A stretch of 64,000 nucleotides of DNA from Myxococcota bacterium (GTDB lineage: Bacteria; Myxococcota_A; UBA9160; UBA4427), in contig JAZAOF010000007.1 in assembly GCA_036228265.1 (NCBI GenBank), forward strand, positions 2,473-66,472, read 5' to 3'. Shown one piece after another: positions 55,587 to 64,000 of the stretch. Position 1 is the first letter of the stretch. Each line of letters starts with the position of its first letter. Under the pieces are notes generated by a model. The model was not told the DNA's origin and did not search any database. It saw only the letters and a list, made by a program, of their open reading frames with translations. Position numbers and translations under genes: made by a program.

Positions 55587-56744
55587 ATGGCAGAACGCTG
55601 CGGAGTGGTCGGGATCGGCCAGACGAACTACGAGGCCAGTCGAGTGGATCTATCGATGGCCGGAATTCTTCGCGAAGCGGCTCAACGCGCTCTCGATGAC
55701 GCCGAACTCACGTGGAAAGACATCGACGCCGTCGTCATCGGAAAGGCGCCGGACATGTTCGAAGGCGTCATGATGCCCGAGCTCTTTCTCGCGGATGCCG
55801 TGGGCGGTGCATACAAGCCGATGCTGCGAGTCCATACCGCGGGGAGTGTCGGCGGTTCAACGGGAATCGTCGGCGCCAGCCTCGTTCAGTCGGGCGTACA
55901 CGACCGTGTCCTCGCCGTGGCTTTCGAGAAACAGTCCGAGAGCAACGCGATGTGGGCCCTGACCGTCTCGATGCCCTTTTCGGTAGCGGTCGTCGCCGGC
56001 GCCGGTGGTTTCTTCGCACCGCTGATCCGGGGCTACATGCGGCGCTCGGGGGCCCCCGAGGACACGGGCATCCGCGTGGCTCTCAAGGATCGTCTCAATG
56101 CCCTGAAAAATCCCTACGCGCACGTCAAGATGGAAGACGTGAGCTTCGAGCTGATCTCCGATTCCCCGATGCTCTGGGACCCGGTGCGCTACCTCGAGAC
56201 CTGTCCTTCATCGGACGGCGCCTGCGCAATGATTTTTGCCAACGAAAAACTCGCCTCGAAGGCGCCGACCCGCCCGGCGTGGGTACACGCCACGGAGATG
56301 CGGAGCGAGCCGACGGCCTTCTCTGGACGCGACCAGGTGATGCCCCAGGCCACCCTGGACAACGCGGCCGCACTCTACAAGAAGGCCGGGATCACCAACC
56401 CGCGCCAGGAACTCGACTGCGCAGAGATCTACGTCCCCTTCAGCTGGTTCGAACCGATGTGGCTCGAGGGCATGCGCATCACCGATATCAACGAGGGCTG
56501 GAAGATGACCTACGAGGGCGCCACCGCTCTCGACGGCGACTTCCCCATCAACATGTCCGGAGGGGTGCTCTCCTCGAACCCCATCGGCGCCTCGGGCTTG
56601 ATTCGTTTCGCCGAAAGCGCCCTCCAGGTGCGCGGCCAGGCGGGCGACCACCAGGTGGACGGCGCGAAGAAGGCCTTGGGACACGCCTACGGCGGCGGGT
56701 CGCAATACTTCTCCACCTGGATCGTCGGCAGCGAAAAGCCCTAG
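55587..56744 (+). CDS. Thiolase-like (SCP-x type) protein
   Basis: GGAGGG RBS. 'CGVVGIGQT', 'CPSSDGACAMIF', 'DCAEIYVPFSW' and 'NMSGGVLSSNPIGASGL' motifs. The expected nucleophile position reads 'HTAGSVGGS'. Confidence 0.85.
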   Translation: MAERCGVVGIGQTNYEASRVDLSMAGILREAAQRALDDAELTWKDIDAVVIGKAPDMFEGVMMPELFLADAVGGAYKPMLRVHTAGSVGGSTGIVGASLVQSGVHDRVLAVAFEKQSESNAMWALTVSMPFSVAVVAGAGGFFAPLIRGYMRRSGAPEDTGIRVALKDRLNALKNPYAHVKMEDVSFELISDSPMLWDPVRYLETCPSSDGACAMIFANEKLASKAPTRPAWVHATEMRSEPTAFSGRDQVMPQATLDNAAALYKKAGITNPRQELDCAEIYVPFSWFEPMWLEGMRITDINEGWKMTYEGATALDGDFPINMSGGVLSSNPIGASGLIRFAESALQVRGQAGDHQVDGAKKALGHAYGGGSQYFSTWIVGSEKP

Positions 56745-56806
56745 CCTCCCCCGGGCCACGGATCGTGCACCGCTCCCTAGGAAACGATCGAACAGCCCTG
56801 GCATCC

Positions 56807-57655
56807 ATGGTGCTGGGCCTCTCGCTCGTTCTGACCTCAACGATTTTTACCTTCGCGGCACGCGGGGAGCCCACTCGCGTTCTCGTCATCGGGGACTCGC
56901 TCAGCACCACGGGAGATCGGTACATCAGCGGGGACCGGAAGGGAAAGTCCTTCGCGGAACAACTCGAGATCGACCTGGGGGGCGGCTACGAATTCATCAA
57001 CGTCGCGTGCCCGGGGACCACCGCCATCGCCTGGTCCCTCAGCAACCCCAGCGGTTTCTGTGTTCCGCACCCCTGGGACGCCTTTTCGAACGGAATTCTT
57101 CGCGATCGCGCGCTTTCCCAGTTGCCCGTCGACATCGCCACCGTACTTCTCGGAACCAACGACGCCGTCCGCCGGCAAGAATCCGGGTACATTTCGGCCG
57201 AGGCGTATGGAGAGACCCTGGACGAGATCGTCGGGGCACTGCTGGAGGGAGGGGCCGGGAAGGTTGTCCTCATGACCCCTCCCGACATCGACAACCCCGA
57301 GGCCCGTCGCCGAATGCTGGCCTACCGCGACCAGATTCTCTCGCGATGCGGCTCTTCGGATCGACTGGTCTGCGGCCCGGACTTCTTTACCCTCCTCGAC
57401 CTCGATACGGATTTCGCGACGGGCGACGACCCGCTTCGCCCGGGACAGGATCCCAGCCAGAGCGACATCCATCCGAACGCCCGTGGCCACGCTCGCATGG
57501 CCAAAGCGCTCGGAGAGACCCTTCGCCAGGTCGTTGAAACCCGCGCCGGCATCGCCCCCGTCGTTTCGGTGGCCGCACTCGTCGCGCTGGCGCTCTTTGT
57601 CTTCTGGGTCGCGAGAAAACCCCGACGGCCGTCGTCGCGACCGCCCGGAGGCTGA
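56807..57655 (+). CDS. SGNH/GDSL hydrolase with signal peptide and C-terminal TM anchor
   Basis: Block I 'VLVIGDSLS', block III 'LLGTNDA', block V 'SDIHPN'. C-terminal 'VSVAALVALALFVFWVARK'. An alternative GTG start lies at 56765. Confidence 0.8.
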   Translation: MVLGLSLVLTSTIFTFAARGEPTRVLVIGDSLSTTGDRYISGDRKGKSFAEQLEIDLGGGYEFINVACPGTTAIAWSLSNPSGFCVPHPWDAFSNGILRDRALSQLPVDIATVLLGTNDAVRRQESGYISAEAYGETLDEIVGALLEGGAGKVVLMTPPDIDNPEARRRMLAYRDQILSRCGSSDRLVCGPDFFTLLDLDTDFATGDDPLRPGQDPSQSDIHPNARGHARMAKALGETLRQVVETRAGIAPVVSVAALVALALFVFWVARKPRRPSSRPPGG

Positions 57656-57657
57656 AC

Positions 57658-57686
57658 CGGCGAGTTCGGGCGTTCCCGAACCGCCG
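57658..57686. terminator. GC-rich bulged hairpin between convergent genes
   Basis: CGGCG-a-GTTCGGG / CCCGAAC-CGCCG with loop CGTT. It starts 3 nt after the SGNH stop and ends 11 nt from the SDR stop. No U-tract. Confidence 0.3.
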
Positions 57687-57696
57687 CCGGAAACCC

Positions 57697-58593
57697 CTAC
57701 CCCGTGGAATCCGGGATCCGGGCGAGGGCTTCGCTCGCCTTCCAAAGCCGGGCCGCCATCTCGTCGTCTCGCCCGCGCGCTCCCGGTCGCTTCGACTTCC
57801 GCCGGGCCCAGTAGGCGCCGTTCGTTTCCTGGACGCCGGCGTCGCAAACGAGAAAGACCACCGTGTCGGCGCCCTTTTCGGGACTCGAAAAGAGCGGGCG
57901 AACCGCGTTCCAGGCCACGCGCAACCATCCCGTGTTGTTCATCCCGAGGCCAGTGCGTATGACTCCAGGGTGAAGACTGTGCGCGACCACGCCGGTCCCT
58001 TCGAGCCGACGGGCGAGTTCCCGCGTGAAGAGAACATTGGCGAGTTTCGTATGGCTGTACTGCACGAGACCCTGGTACGCGTGAGACTGGCAACCGAGAT
58101 CATCGAGCCGGATCCGGCCCGTGCGATGCCCCGCCGAGGCCACGGTGATCACGCGTGCGGGCGCACTCTCAAGAAGACGCGGCCGAAGCAGATGCGTCAG
58201 GAGAAAAGGTGCAACGTGGTTCACCGCAAGGGTCGACTCGATTTCATCGACGGTCTGGGTCCGTTCGAAAAAAACTGCCGCCGCATTGTTCACGAGCACA
58301 TGAAGCGGCTCGTTTCGAGCGAGAAATTCCGCCGCGACCGCGCGAATCTCCTCCTGGGACGAAAGATCCGCCAGGAGAAGTTCCAGTCGACCCGCCCCCG
58401 GCGTTGCACGACACAGGTCCAGGGCGGCCTCCCCGCGCTGGGCATCCCGGCAGAGCAGCCAGAGATTCGCACCCCGCGCGGCGAGGGCCCGTGCGGTGGC
58501 CAACCCGACGCCAGAACTCGCGCCCGTAATCAACACGTTCCGACCTTGAATCGTCCACGGACTCCCCCCGCGGTCGGCCGGGGCGGGTCTCAT
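57697..58593 (-). CDS. SDR family oxidoreductase
   Basis: 'VLITGASSGVGLATARALA', 'LVNNAA' and 'YSHTKLANVLF'. ATG 58593 overlaps the upstream stop (ATGA). Confidence 0.85.
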   Translation of the reverse strand: MRPAPADRGGSPWTIQGRNVLITGASSGVGLATARALAARGANLWLLCRDAQRGEAALDLCRATPGAGRLELLLADLSSQEEIRAVAAEFLARNEPLHVLVNNAAAVFFERTQTVDEIESTLAVNHVAPFLLTHLLRPRLLESAPARVITVASAGHRTGRIRLDDLGCQSHAYQGLVQYSHTKLANVLFTRELARRLEGTGVVAHSLHPGVIRTGLGMNNTGWLRVAWNAVRPLFSSPEKGADTVVFLVCDAGVQETNGAYWARRKSKRPGARGRDDEMAARLWKASEALARIPDSTG

Positions 58594-59555
58594 CTCGCGA
58601 GCTGCCACTCTGCCGTCTTGAGAAGCCGCTCCATGAAAGAAGTCTCGTAGGCTTCTTCAGGCGCTTCGCGAACCAACCGGTCGAGCGCTTCGGCATCTTT
58701 GCCCACGAGGATCCTCCAGCGCTCTTCGCGCACACCATCGAGAATGATTGCCGAAGCTTCGGATGCCGTCATGGGGGCCTTGTCCCTGAAGTCTTCGGCG
58801 CGTTGAATCACCGCCTGGCGGATCTGGTCGTTGGTGGCGTTCTGCACGGGCATCCCCATGCGGATGAGGCGTTCGCGAAACTCCTCCACCTGCTCGTCGC
58901 TCATTTCCTTGATGTCGTTGCCCAGGATCCGACCCGAGTTGAACACGATCGAAGTTCCGATGTGACCGGGCATCACCACCGAGACCTTCACGTGCGGAGC
59001 ATTCATGCGAAGGTCGGTAACCAGGGCCTCGGTGAATCCCTTGACCGCGAACTTTGCAGCGCTGTACGCGGTGTGAGATGTCATCGGTCCGAGCGAAGCC
59101 CAGAACCCGTTCACGCTACTGGTGTTGACGAGGTGCCCCTCCTGGCTTTCGACGAGAAGGGGAAGAAACGCCCGGGTTCCGTAGTAGACCCCGTACCAGC
59201 ACACCGCGAAAGTCTTTTCCCAGGCCTCGCGTTCTTCATCGAGGACACTCCCTCCGCCGCCGATGCCCGCGTTGTTGAAGACGAGGTTCACGTGCCGGGT
59301 TTCGTGGTCGGCGACCACGGCGTCTCGAAAGGCAAGCACCTGGTCCTCCTCGGAAACGTCCGCGACAAAGGAGGTCACGCGGGTTCCCTGGGGTGCCTCG
59401 GACAGGGCGAGCGCCTGGGTCCGCTCCATTTCTTCTGCCAACACGTCGCACATCGCCACGTGGCAGCCTTCGGCCGCGAGTTGGCGGACGAGTTCTCTCC
59501 CCATCCCCGTTCCGCCACCGGTCACCACCGCGATCTTTTCGCGGAAATCCTTCAT
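58590..59555 (-). CDS. SDR family oxidoreductase
   Basis: Starts MKDFREKIAVVTGGGTGMGREL after GAGGAGG. 'FNNAGIGG' and 'YSAAKFAVKG' motifs. Confidence 0.85.
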   Translation of the reverse strand: MKDFREKIAVVTGGGTGMGRELVRQLAAEGCHVAMCDVLAEEMERTQALALSEAPQGTRVTSFVADVSEEDQVLAFRDAVVADHETRHVNLVFNNAGIGGGGSVLDEEREAWEKTFAVCWYGVYYGTRAFLPLLVESQEGHLVNTSSVNGFWASLGPMTSHTAYSAAKFAVKGFTEALVTDLRMNAPHVKVSVVMPGHIGTSIVFNSGRILGNDIKEMSDEQVEEFRERLIRMGMPVQNATNDQIRQAVIQRAEDFRDKAPMTASEASAIILDGVREERWRILVGKDAEALDRLVREAPEEAYETSFMERLLKTAEWQLAR

Positions 59556-59642
59556 TTTCGTAGCCTCCTCTCGACGCGCACTCCGTAGGATACCCGGTCT
59601 TTCGAAGGACGTGCGATCCAAGCGAGCGCCCCGCGAACGTCT

Positions 59643-60509
59643 TCAGGAAAACACGACCGTCTTGTTCCCGTGAACACAGACCCTGTGTTCCAGGTGGAGA
59701 CGAACGGCATCGCCCAGCACCACGCGTTCGACGTCCCGCCCCCGCCGCGAGAGCTCCTGGACGCTGTCGCGATGAGAAACCGGCGCGACCCCCTGGGCGA
59801 TGATGGGGCCCTCGTCGAGGTCTTCGGTGGCGTAGTGGGCCGTCGCCCCGATCAGCTTGACTCCACGGTCGTACGCTTGCTGGTAGGGCTTGGCCCCTAC
59901 GAAAGCGGGAAGAAAGGAGTGGTGGATGTTGATGATCTGGCGGTCGTAGTGACGAATGAAATCACCACTTAGAACCTGCATGTACCGAGCCAGCACGACC
60001 AGGTCGATTCCGATTTCGTCGAGAAGGGCCCGTTCGCGCGCCTCTTGCTCGGCCTTGTTCGCCTTGGTGATGGGAAATACGTGAAAGGGTATGCCGAACT
60101 GCTGGGCGATCGGCTCGAGGTCGCGGTGATTGCTCAGGATCACGGGAATTTCGCAGGCCAATTCGCCGGAACGGTGGCGCAACAGAAGGTCGTACAGGCA
60201 GTGGTCAAAGCGAGAGACCATCACGGCCACCTTCGCAACGCGTTCACCCGGGTGGAGAGTCCACGTCATGTCAAACCGATCCGCAGCCGTTGCAATGGCG
60301 GCCCGAACCGAATCCAATCCCGTCTGGACACCAAGCCGATCGAAGCAGATACGCTGGAAGAACATCCCGTTCGCCGAGTCGGTGTACTGGTCGGACTGGG
60401 TGATGTTGGCCTCCTGCGAATGCAGAAGCTGCGCCAACGTCGCCACGATTCCCGGGCGATCGGGACAACTCACGACAAGGGTGGCACGGGTCACATCTCC
60501 CCCTTCCAA
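59643..60509 (-). CDS. purU: Formyltetrahydrofolate deformylase
   Basis: N-terminal ACT domain 'LVVSCPDRPGIVA'. 'ILSNH.DL', 'LARYMQVLS..F', 'IINIHHSFLPAF.GA.PY.QA' and 'GVKLIGATAHY.T..LDEGPII.Q' motifs. Confidence 0.9.
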   Translation of the reverse strand: MEGGDVTRATLVVSCPDRPGIVATLAQLLHSQEANITQSDQYTDSANGMFFQRICFDRLGVQTGLDSVRAAIATAADRFDMTWTLHPGERVAKVAVMVSRFDHCLYDLLLRHRSGELACEIPVILSNHRDLEPIAQQFGIPFHVFPITKANKAEQEARERALLDEIGIDLVVLARYMQVLSGDFIRHYDRQIINIHHSFLPAFVGAKPYQQAYDRGVKLIGATAHYATEDLDEGPIIAQGVAPVSHRDSVQELSRRGRDVERVVLGDAVRLHLEHRVCVHGNKTVVFS

Positions 60510-60626
60510 GGGCGGTTTCGGCCCAGCGAGGATACCCGGGAGCCACGGGCGCGCACTCCCTCGGGTGGGCCACCCCCGCTTGCCCCTTCCCTGTGGACCG
60601 GCCTACGATTGTGTCCAGGAGCCGCC

Positions 60627-61811
60627 ATGACCCACGACACCCCCTTTCACACCGCCAGCGATCTCGATTTCCCCATCATCGATGCCGACGCCCATGTCCA
60701 GGAGCCGCCGGACCTGTGGCAGAGCCGCGCCCCGGCCAAGTGGAAGGAGCGCGCGCCCCGGGTCGCCCAGACCGAGCACGGAGATTTCTGGCTTTTCGAC
60801 GGGGGCCGCGAGAAACAACCCGTGGGCTTCACCGTCGCGGCCGGGCTTTCGTACCTCGACTACAAGCCCTTTGGACGCAGCTATGAAACGATCCGACCCG
60901 GCTTCTACCAGACCAAGGAGCGACTCGAGGACATGACCATCGACGGCATCTACGCCCAGGTCCTGTACCCGAGCGTCACGCTGATGGGAGCCAAGACCTA
61001 CGGGGAAGAACCCGAACTCCAACGCTTCTGCGTACGCGCCTACAACGAGTGGCTGTCGGAATTTTGCGCCGACTCCGACGGCCGCCTGGTTCCCCAGGCC
61101 ATCATTCCAACAACGGGCGTGAAAGACGCGGTGGAGGAACTCCGTTGGGCCCTGGACCATGGCCACAAGGGCGCACTGATCTCGCGAATGCCGACCGGCG
61201 AATTCGAATATTCTGCGGAGGACGACCCGTTTTTCGACCTCGCCAACGAGGCGGGAATTCCCGTCGCGGTGCACATCGGAAGCTTCCTGCGACCCAATCC
61301 TTCGGAGCAACGCCGGAGCTTCCAGGATCTCGGCTTCCTCGGTTCCGCCGGGGCCATCAAGGCAGGCTCCCACACCCTTCCCGTCGCCTCGGACCTGATC
61401 TTCACGGGCTTCTACGAAAAATTCACGAAGCTCAAGATCGTACTGGTCGAAGCGAACATCGGATGGATTCCGACGCTGCTCGAACAGACCGACGACATGT
61501 TCCTCCGCTTCCGATTTTTTACCGAAGCCACGCAGAAGATGTCCCAGATGCCGAGCACGGTATTCCACCGGCATTTCTGGGCCACCTTCATGATGGATAC
61601 CGTGGGGGTTGAACTCCGTCACCGAATGAACATTGATCACCTCATGTGGTCGACGGATTATCCCCATAGCGGAAGCGACTGGCCCAACTCCCGGGTCACG
61701 ATCGAGCGGGTCTTCGACGGTCTCCCGAAGGCGGACGTGAAGAAGATGCTTCACGACAACGCGAAGGCACTCTACGGGCTCGACCACATCCCCGAATCCC
61801 TGGAAAATTGA
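60627..61811 (+). CDS. Amidohydrolase_2 (ACMSD-like) family metal-dependent hydrolase/decarboxylase
   Basis: 'IIDADAHVQEP', 'AYNEWLSEFC', 'PVAVHIG' and 'MWSTDYPHS' motifs. ATG follows AGGAG. The upstream part of the ORF-track ORF overlaps purU on the opposite strand. Confidence 0.85.
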   Translation: MTHDTPFHTASDLDFPIIDADAHVQEPPDLWQSRAPAKWKERAPRVAQTEHGDFWLFDGGREKQPVGFTVAAGLSYLDYKPFGRSYETIRPGFYQTKERLEDMTIDGIYAQVLYPSVTLMGAKTYGEEPELQRFCVRAYNEWLSEFCADSDGRLVPQAIIPTTGVKDAVEELRWALDHGHKGALISRMPTGEFEYSAEDDPFFDLANEAGIPVAVHIGSFLRPNPSEQRRSFQDLGFLGSAGAIKAGSHTLPVASDLIFTGFYEKFTKLKIVLVEANIGWIPTLLEQTDDMFLRFRFFTEATQKMSQMPSTVFHRHFWATFMMDTVGVELRHRMNIDHLMWSTDYPHSGSDWPNSRVTIERVFDGLPKADVKKMLHDNAKALYGLDHIPESLEN

Positions 61812-61871
61812 TCAGGGACAACCGATCCACGAAGAGCCCCCGCGCTTGTACGCGGAGGCTCTTCGAAAGAC

Positions 61872-61948
61872 TGGCGCGCCCGGCACGACTCGAACGTGCG
61901 ACCCTCAGCTCCGCAAGCTGATGCTCTATCCAACTGAGCTACGGGCGC
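61872..61948 (-). tRNA. tRNA-Arg (anticodon GCG), CCA encoded
   Basis: Reverse complement folds by hand into a cloverleaf: GCGCCCG-TA-GCTC-AGTTGGATA-GAGC-A-TCAGC-TTGCGGA-GCTGA-GGGTC-GCACG-TTCGAGT-CGTGC-CGGGCGC-G-CCA. A20 and C35 fit Arg identity. Confidence 0.9.
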
Positions 61949-62050
61949 CTGTCTTTCGGGGGGCGCGAGTCTAGCGCCCCTCGGCCCATCCTTCACGGCG
62001 ATCGACGAGACCACGACAGTCCCCGGATCCGGCGATACACTGCAGCCCCG

Positions 62051-62926
62051 ATGAGCGCACGCAGCCGGACCCGGGGCTTACCCCTTGCCCTTCTCCTTGG
62101 GGTCGCGTGCCTTTTGGCCTCTCCCCCGGCCCTCGCAGAAGACGAACTCCTCCCCGAGGCCTCGGAGGTCGAACAGGCCCTACCCCAGGGAGGCTCGTTG
62201 ACGGGTCGCGAGATCTACGAGCGCTTCCTGAAGAACCGGAATCGCGAAAATTTTCAACAACTCCGCGTGATCTCGAGAGATCCCGGCGGAAGCGAACAGA
62301 TCACGCGCTTCAACACGAGCGTCAGCGACTTTAGAGACGAAAACGACAAGGCGACCGACGGCATCCTTGCGAAGATGCTGGTTCAGGTCTCGCATCCTTT
62401 CGACATGAGGCATACGGCATACCTGATGATCGCAAAGGATCCGGGACCCGATGACGAATTCGCCTACCAGCCCAGCCAGCGCAGGGTTCGTCGGGTAGAT
62501 CTCAAAAACACCACCCTGCTCGGAACCGACTACACCTTCAACGACATTGCGTTCCAGGCCATCGAGGATGCGGACTACCTCCGGCTTCCGGACGAGACCC
62601 TCGACGGCGTACCCGTTTACGTCGTGGAAACCAACGTCAAGGAAACCATCGACGTAAGGTACCACCGAACGAGAATGTACATGGAGAAGGAGCACTACAT
62701 TCCGCTCCGAGTCCGCTATTGGGATGACTACGGTGTAGAAGTGAAGGAGATGACTGCAGCGAGAAAATCGATTCGTTCCTTCGGTGAACTCTGGATTGCG
62801 ACGGAAACGACCATGCGAGATCTCCGCCAAAACACGCAATCGACCCTCTTCGTCGAAGACGTGGACACGGAGCCCAACTTTCACCCGAGACTCTTCAGCG
62901 TGACGCTACTCTACAAGGGAAAGTAG
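62051..62926 (+). CDS. Outer-membrane lipoprotein-sorting (LolA-like) protein
   Basis: Signal peptide 'LPLALLLGVACLLASPPALA'. 'GREIYERFLKNR', 'YQPSQRRVRRV' and 'LLGTDYTFNDI' resemble the LolA_like family that usually accompanies MMPL/RND exporters. Confidence 0.75.
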   Translation: MSARSRTRGLPLALLLGVACLLASPPALAEDELLPEASEVEQALPQGGSLTGREIYERFLKNRNRENFQQLRVISRDPGGSEQITRFNTSVSDFRDENDKATDGILAKMLVQVSHPFDMRHTAYLMIAKDPGPDDEFAYQPSQRRVRRVDLKNTTLLGTDYTFNDIAFQAIEDADYLRLPDETLDGVPVYVVETNVKETIDVRYHRTRMYMEKEHYIPLRVRYWDDYGVEVKEMTAARKSIRSFGELWIATETTMRDLRQNTQSTLFVEDVDTEPNFHPRLFSVTLLYKGK

Positions 62927-62932
62927 TTCTCA

Positions 62933-64000
62933 CTACGCCCGCATACGCACCAGGAGTGCCGGTAGCAGCAGGAGATCCGTCACCAGGCAGAGACCCATGG
63001 TGAGCGCGGTGAGATACCCGAACTCGCGCAGGGTCGCGAACCCCGATACGAGCATTACCAAGAAACCTACGACCAGCATGACGCTGGTCATGAAGACCGG
63101 CCTCCCCACCTGCCGGATGCATCCAGAAGCCGCTTCTTCGGGGGTGGCGCCGCGGGTTCGGCGATCTCGGTAAGCCACGAGGAAGTGCATCGTGTCGTCG
63201 ATTGCAATTCCGAGGGCGATGCTTCCGATCAAACTCGTGGGGAGTGAGAGTGGGGCGATCCCCAACCCGAGTATTCCGAAGAAGACCACCACGGGGATGA
63301 TGTTCGGAACCATCGCGATCAGGCCTGTGCGGATCGAGCGAAATACCACGCAGATCAGGACCAGGATACTGATCGCCGCAAAGCCCACCTGGGTTGCCTG
63401 GTTTTCCGCAATACCGTCTGCACTGCGGTTCAGCAGGATGGAATTTCCCGTCACAGCAGTGGTAAATCCGTCCGGCAGATCCGCATTGGCCAGAACTCCG
63501 TGAATTCGCTCCTCCAATGCCCGTATCTTCGCGGAGCCCGCTTCGCCGGTTCGGACGATTAGGTTGATACGGCTGTGGTTCGACGTAGAAAAACGACGCA
63601 GCTTGGGCTTCGGGAGGAGAAACGTTGCTTCGGCGATCCCTTCCCGGGTATCCGGTATGACGTACTGTGAATCGTCGTCTTCCATCATTGCGCGATTGAC
63701 CCGGCGGATGAAATCCACCGAAGAAAGTACTTCCGTAACGCCCGGAAGGGCTTCGAGTCGCGACTGGAGGTCGGCGATCTTGTTCAGCGTCTCGGGCTTT
63801 CGAAATGCCCCCTCGTCGTGTCCGGCGATCGGCCAGTAGACCGGGATGACTCCGGTGAGTAGACGGTTGACCGCCAGAAAATCCTGGCGCACCGGCGAAT
63901 CTCGGACAAAGAACGTGATGACATCGGTGTCGATGGAGATACGAGGAATCGTGAAAGCGGACCCCGCGACCAATATCCCCGCGATCGCCAGGATGCTGCC
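62933..64000 (-). CDS. MMPL/RND-superfamily transporter, C-terminal half; 5' part lies outside the window
   Basis: The frame stays open to nt 64000. A periplasmic loop is followed by six TM segments. 'LGIAIDDTMHFL', 'GRPVFMTSVMLVVGF' and 'LLLLPALL' are typical of the MMPL/SSD C-terminal repeat. Confidence 0.85.
   Translation of the reverse strand, partial: GSILAIAGILVAGSAFTIPRISIDTDVITFFVRDSPVRQDFLAVNRLLTGVIPVYWPIAGHDEGAFRKPETLNKIADLQSRLEALPGVTEVLSSVDFIRRVNRAMMEDDDSQYVIPDTREGIAEATFLLPKPKLRRFSTSNHSRINLIVRTGEAGSAKIRALEERIHGVLANADLPDGFTTAVTGNSILLNRSADGIAENQATQVGFAAISILVLICVVFRSIRTGLIAMVPNIIPVVVFFGILGLGIAPLSLPTSLIGSIALGIAIDDTMHFLVAYRDRRTRGATPEEAASGCIRQVGRPVFMTSVMLVVGFLVMLVSGFATLREFGYLTALTMGLCLVTDLLLLPALLVRMRA

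Noticed and set aside
61772-62014. 80-aa minus-strand ORF
   Set aside because: It overlaps the tRNA-Arg gene completely and is an artefact of the ORF scan.
61812-62050. tRNA locus as an integration hotspot or genomic-island boundary
   Set aside because: There is no integrase, transposase or phage gene on either side. I noticed no duplicated tRNA 3' segment, though I did not search exhaustively. Flanking genes share the same compositional character.
1-64000. CRISPR arrays, rRNA genes, insertion sequences, prophage modules
   Set aside because: None seen. There are no regularly spaced direct repeats and no rRNA-like conserved stretches. No transposase, integrase, capsid or terminase-like translations appear in any frame of the ORF track.

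Overview
High-GC, gene-dense chromosomal segment with about 60 protein genes, one tRNA, and no rRNA, CRISPR array, transposase or integrase. It comes from a diderm bacterium, judging by an outer-membrane porin-like barrel, AsmA, a LolA-like protein and an MMPL/RND transporter. Most genes are ordinary acyl-CoA, lipid and xenobiotic metabolism: thiolases, crotonases, SDRs, LLM oxidoreductases, amidohydrolases, hydantoinase A/B, WS/DGAT and an ACAD-fold monooxygenase. The gene mix vaguely recalls Myxococcota- or Binatota-like lineages, but that is only an inference. Several things stand out. (1) An in-frame TGA at 34447-34449 joins two ORF-track fragments into a ~185-aa UxxCxxC ('UGSC') selenoprotein candidate. 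SECIS-like hairpins follow the TGA, and the gene is translationally coupled to a thioredoxin-fold (CPTC) fusion protein whose large C-terminal domain is unknown. (2) Directly downstream on the same strand lies a complete archaeal-type topoisomerase VI (top6B and top6A). Both subunits carry Lys/Arg/Ala-rich histone-H1-like N-terminal tails. (3) A 1277-aa secreted protein combines a CxxCH haem-c motif, His/Met motifs resembling peptidylglycine/dopamine-beta-monooxygenase copper sites, Cys-rich repeats and thrombospondin type-3 Ca-binding repeats. (4) A three-gene operon (porin-like barrel, flavinylatable FMN-binding protein, His-bearing 4-TM protein) sits behind an AT-rich promoter with a Fur-box-like palindrome. 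Smaller oddities: an E2 acyltransferase paralog lacking the catalytic His, a tandem-DUF35 protein with two thiolase-like proteins that appear to lack the Cys nucleophile, a zinc-ribbon/NucS-like protein, and a tRNA-Arg with anticodon GCG. All family assignments rest on motif recognition by eye. No database search was run.
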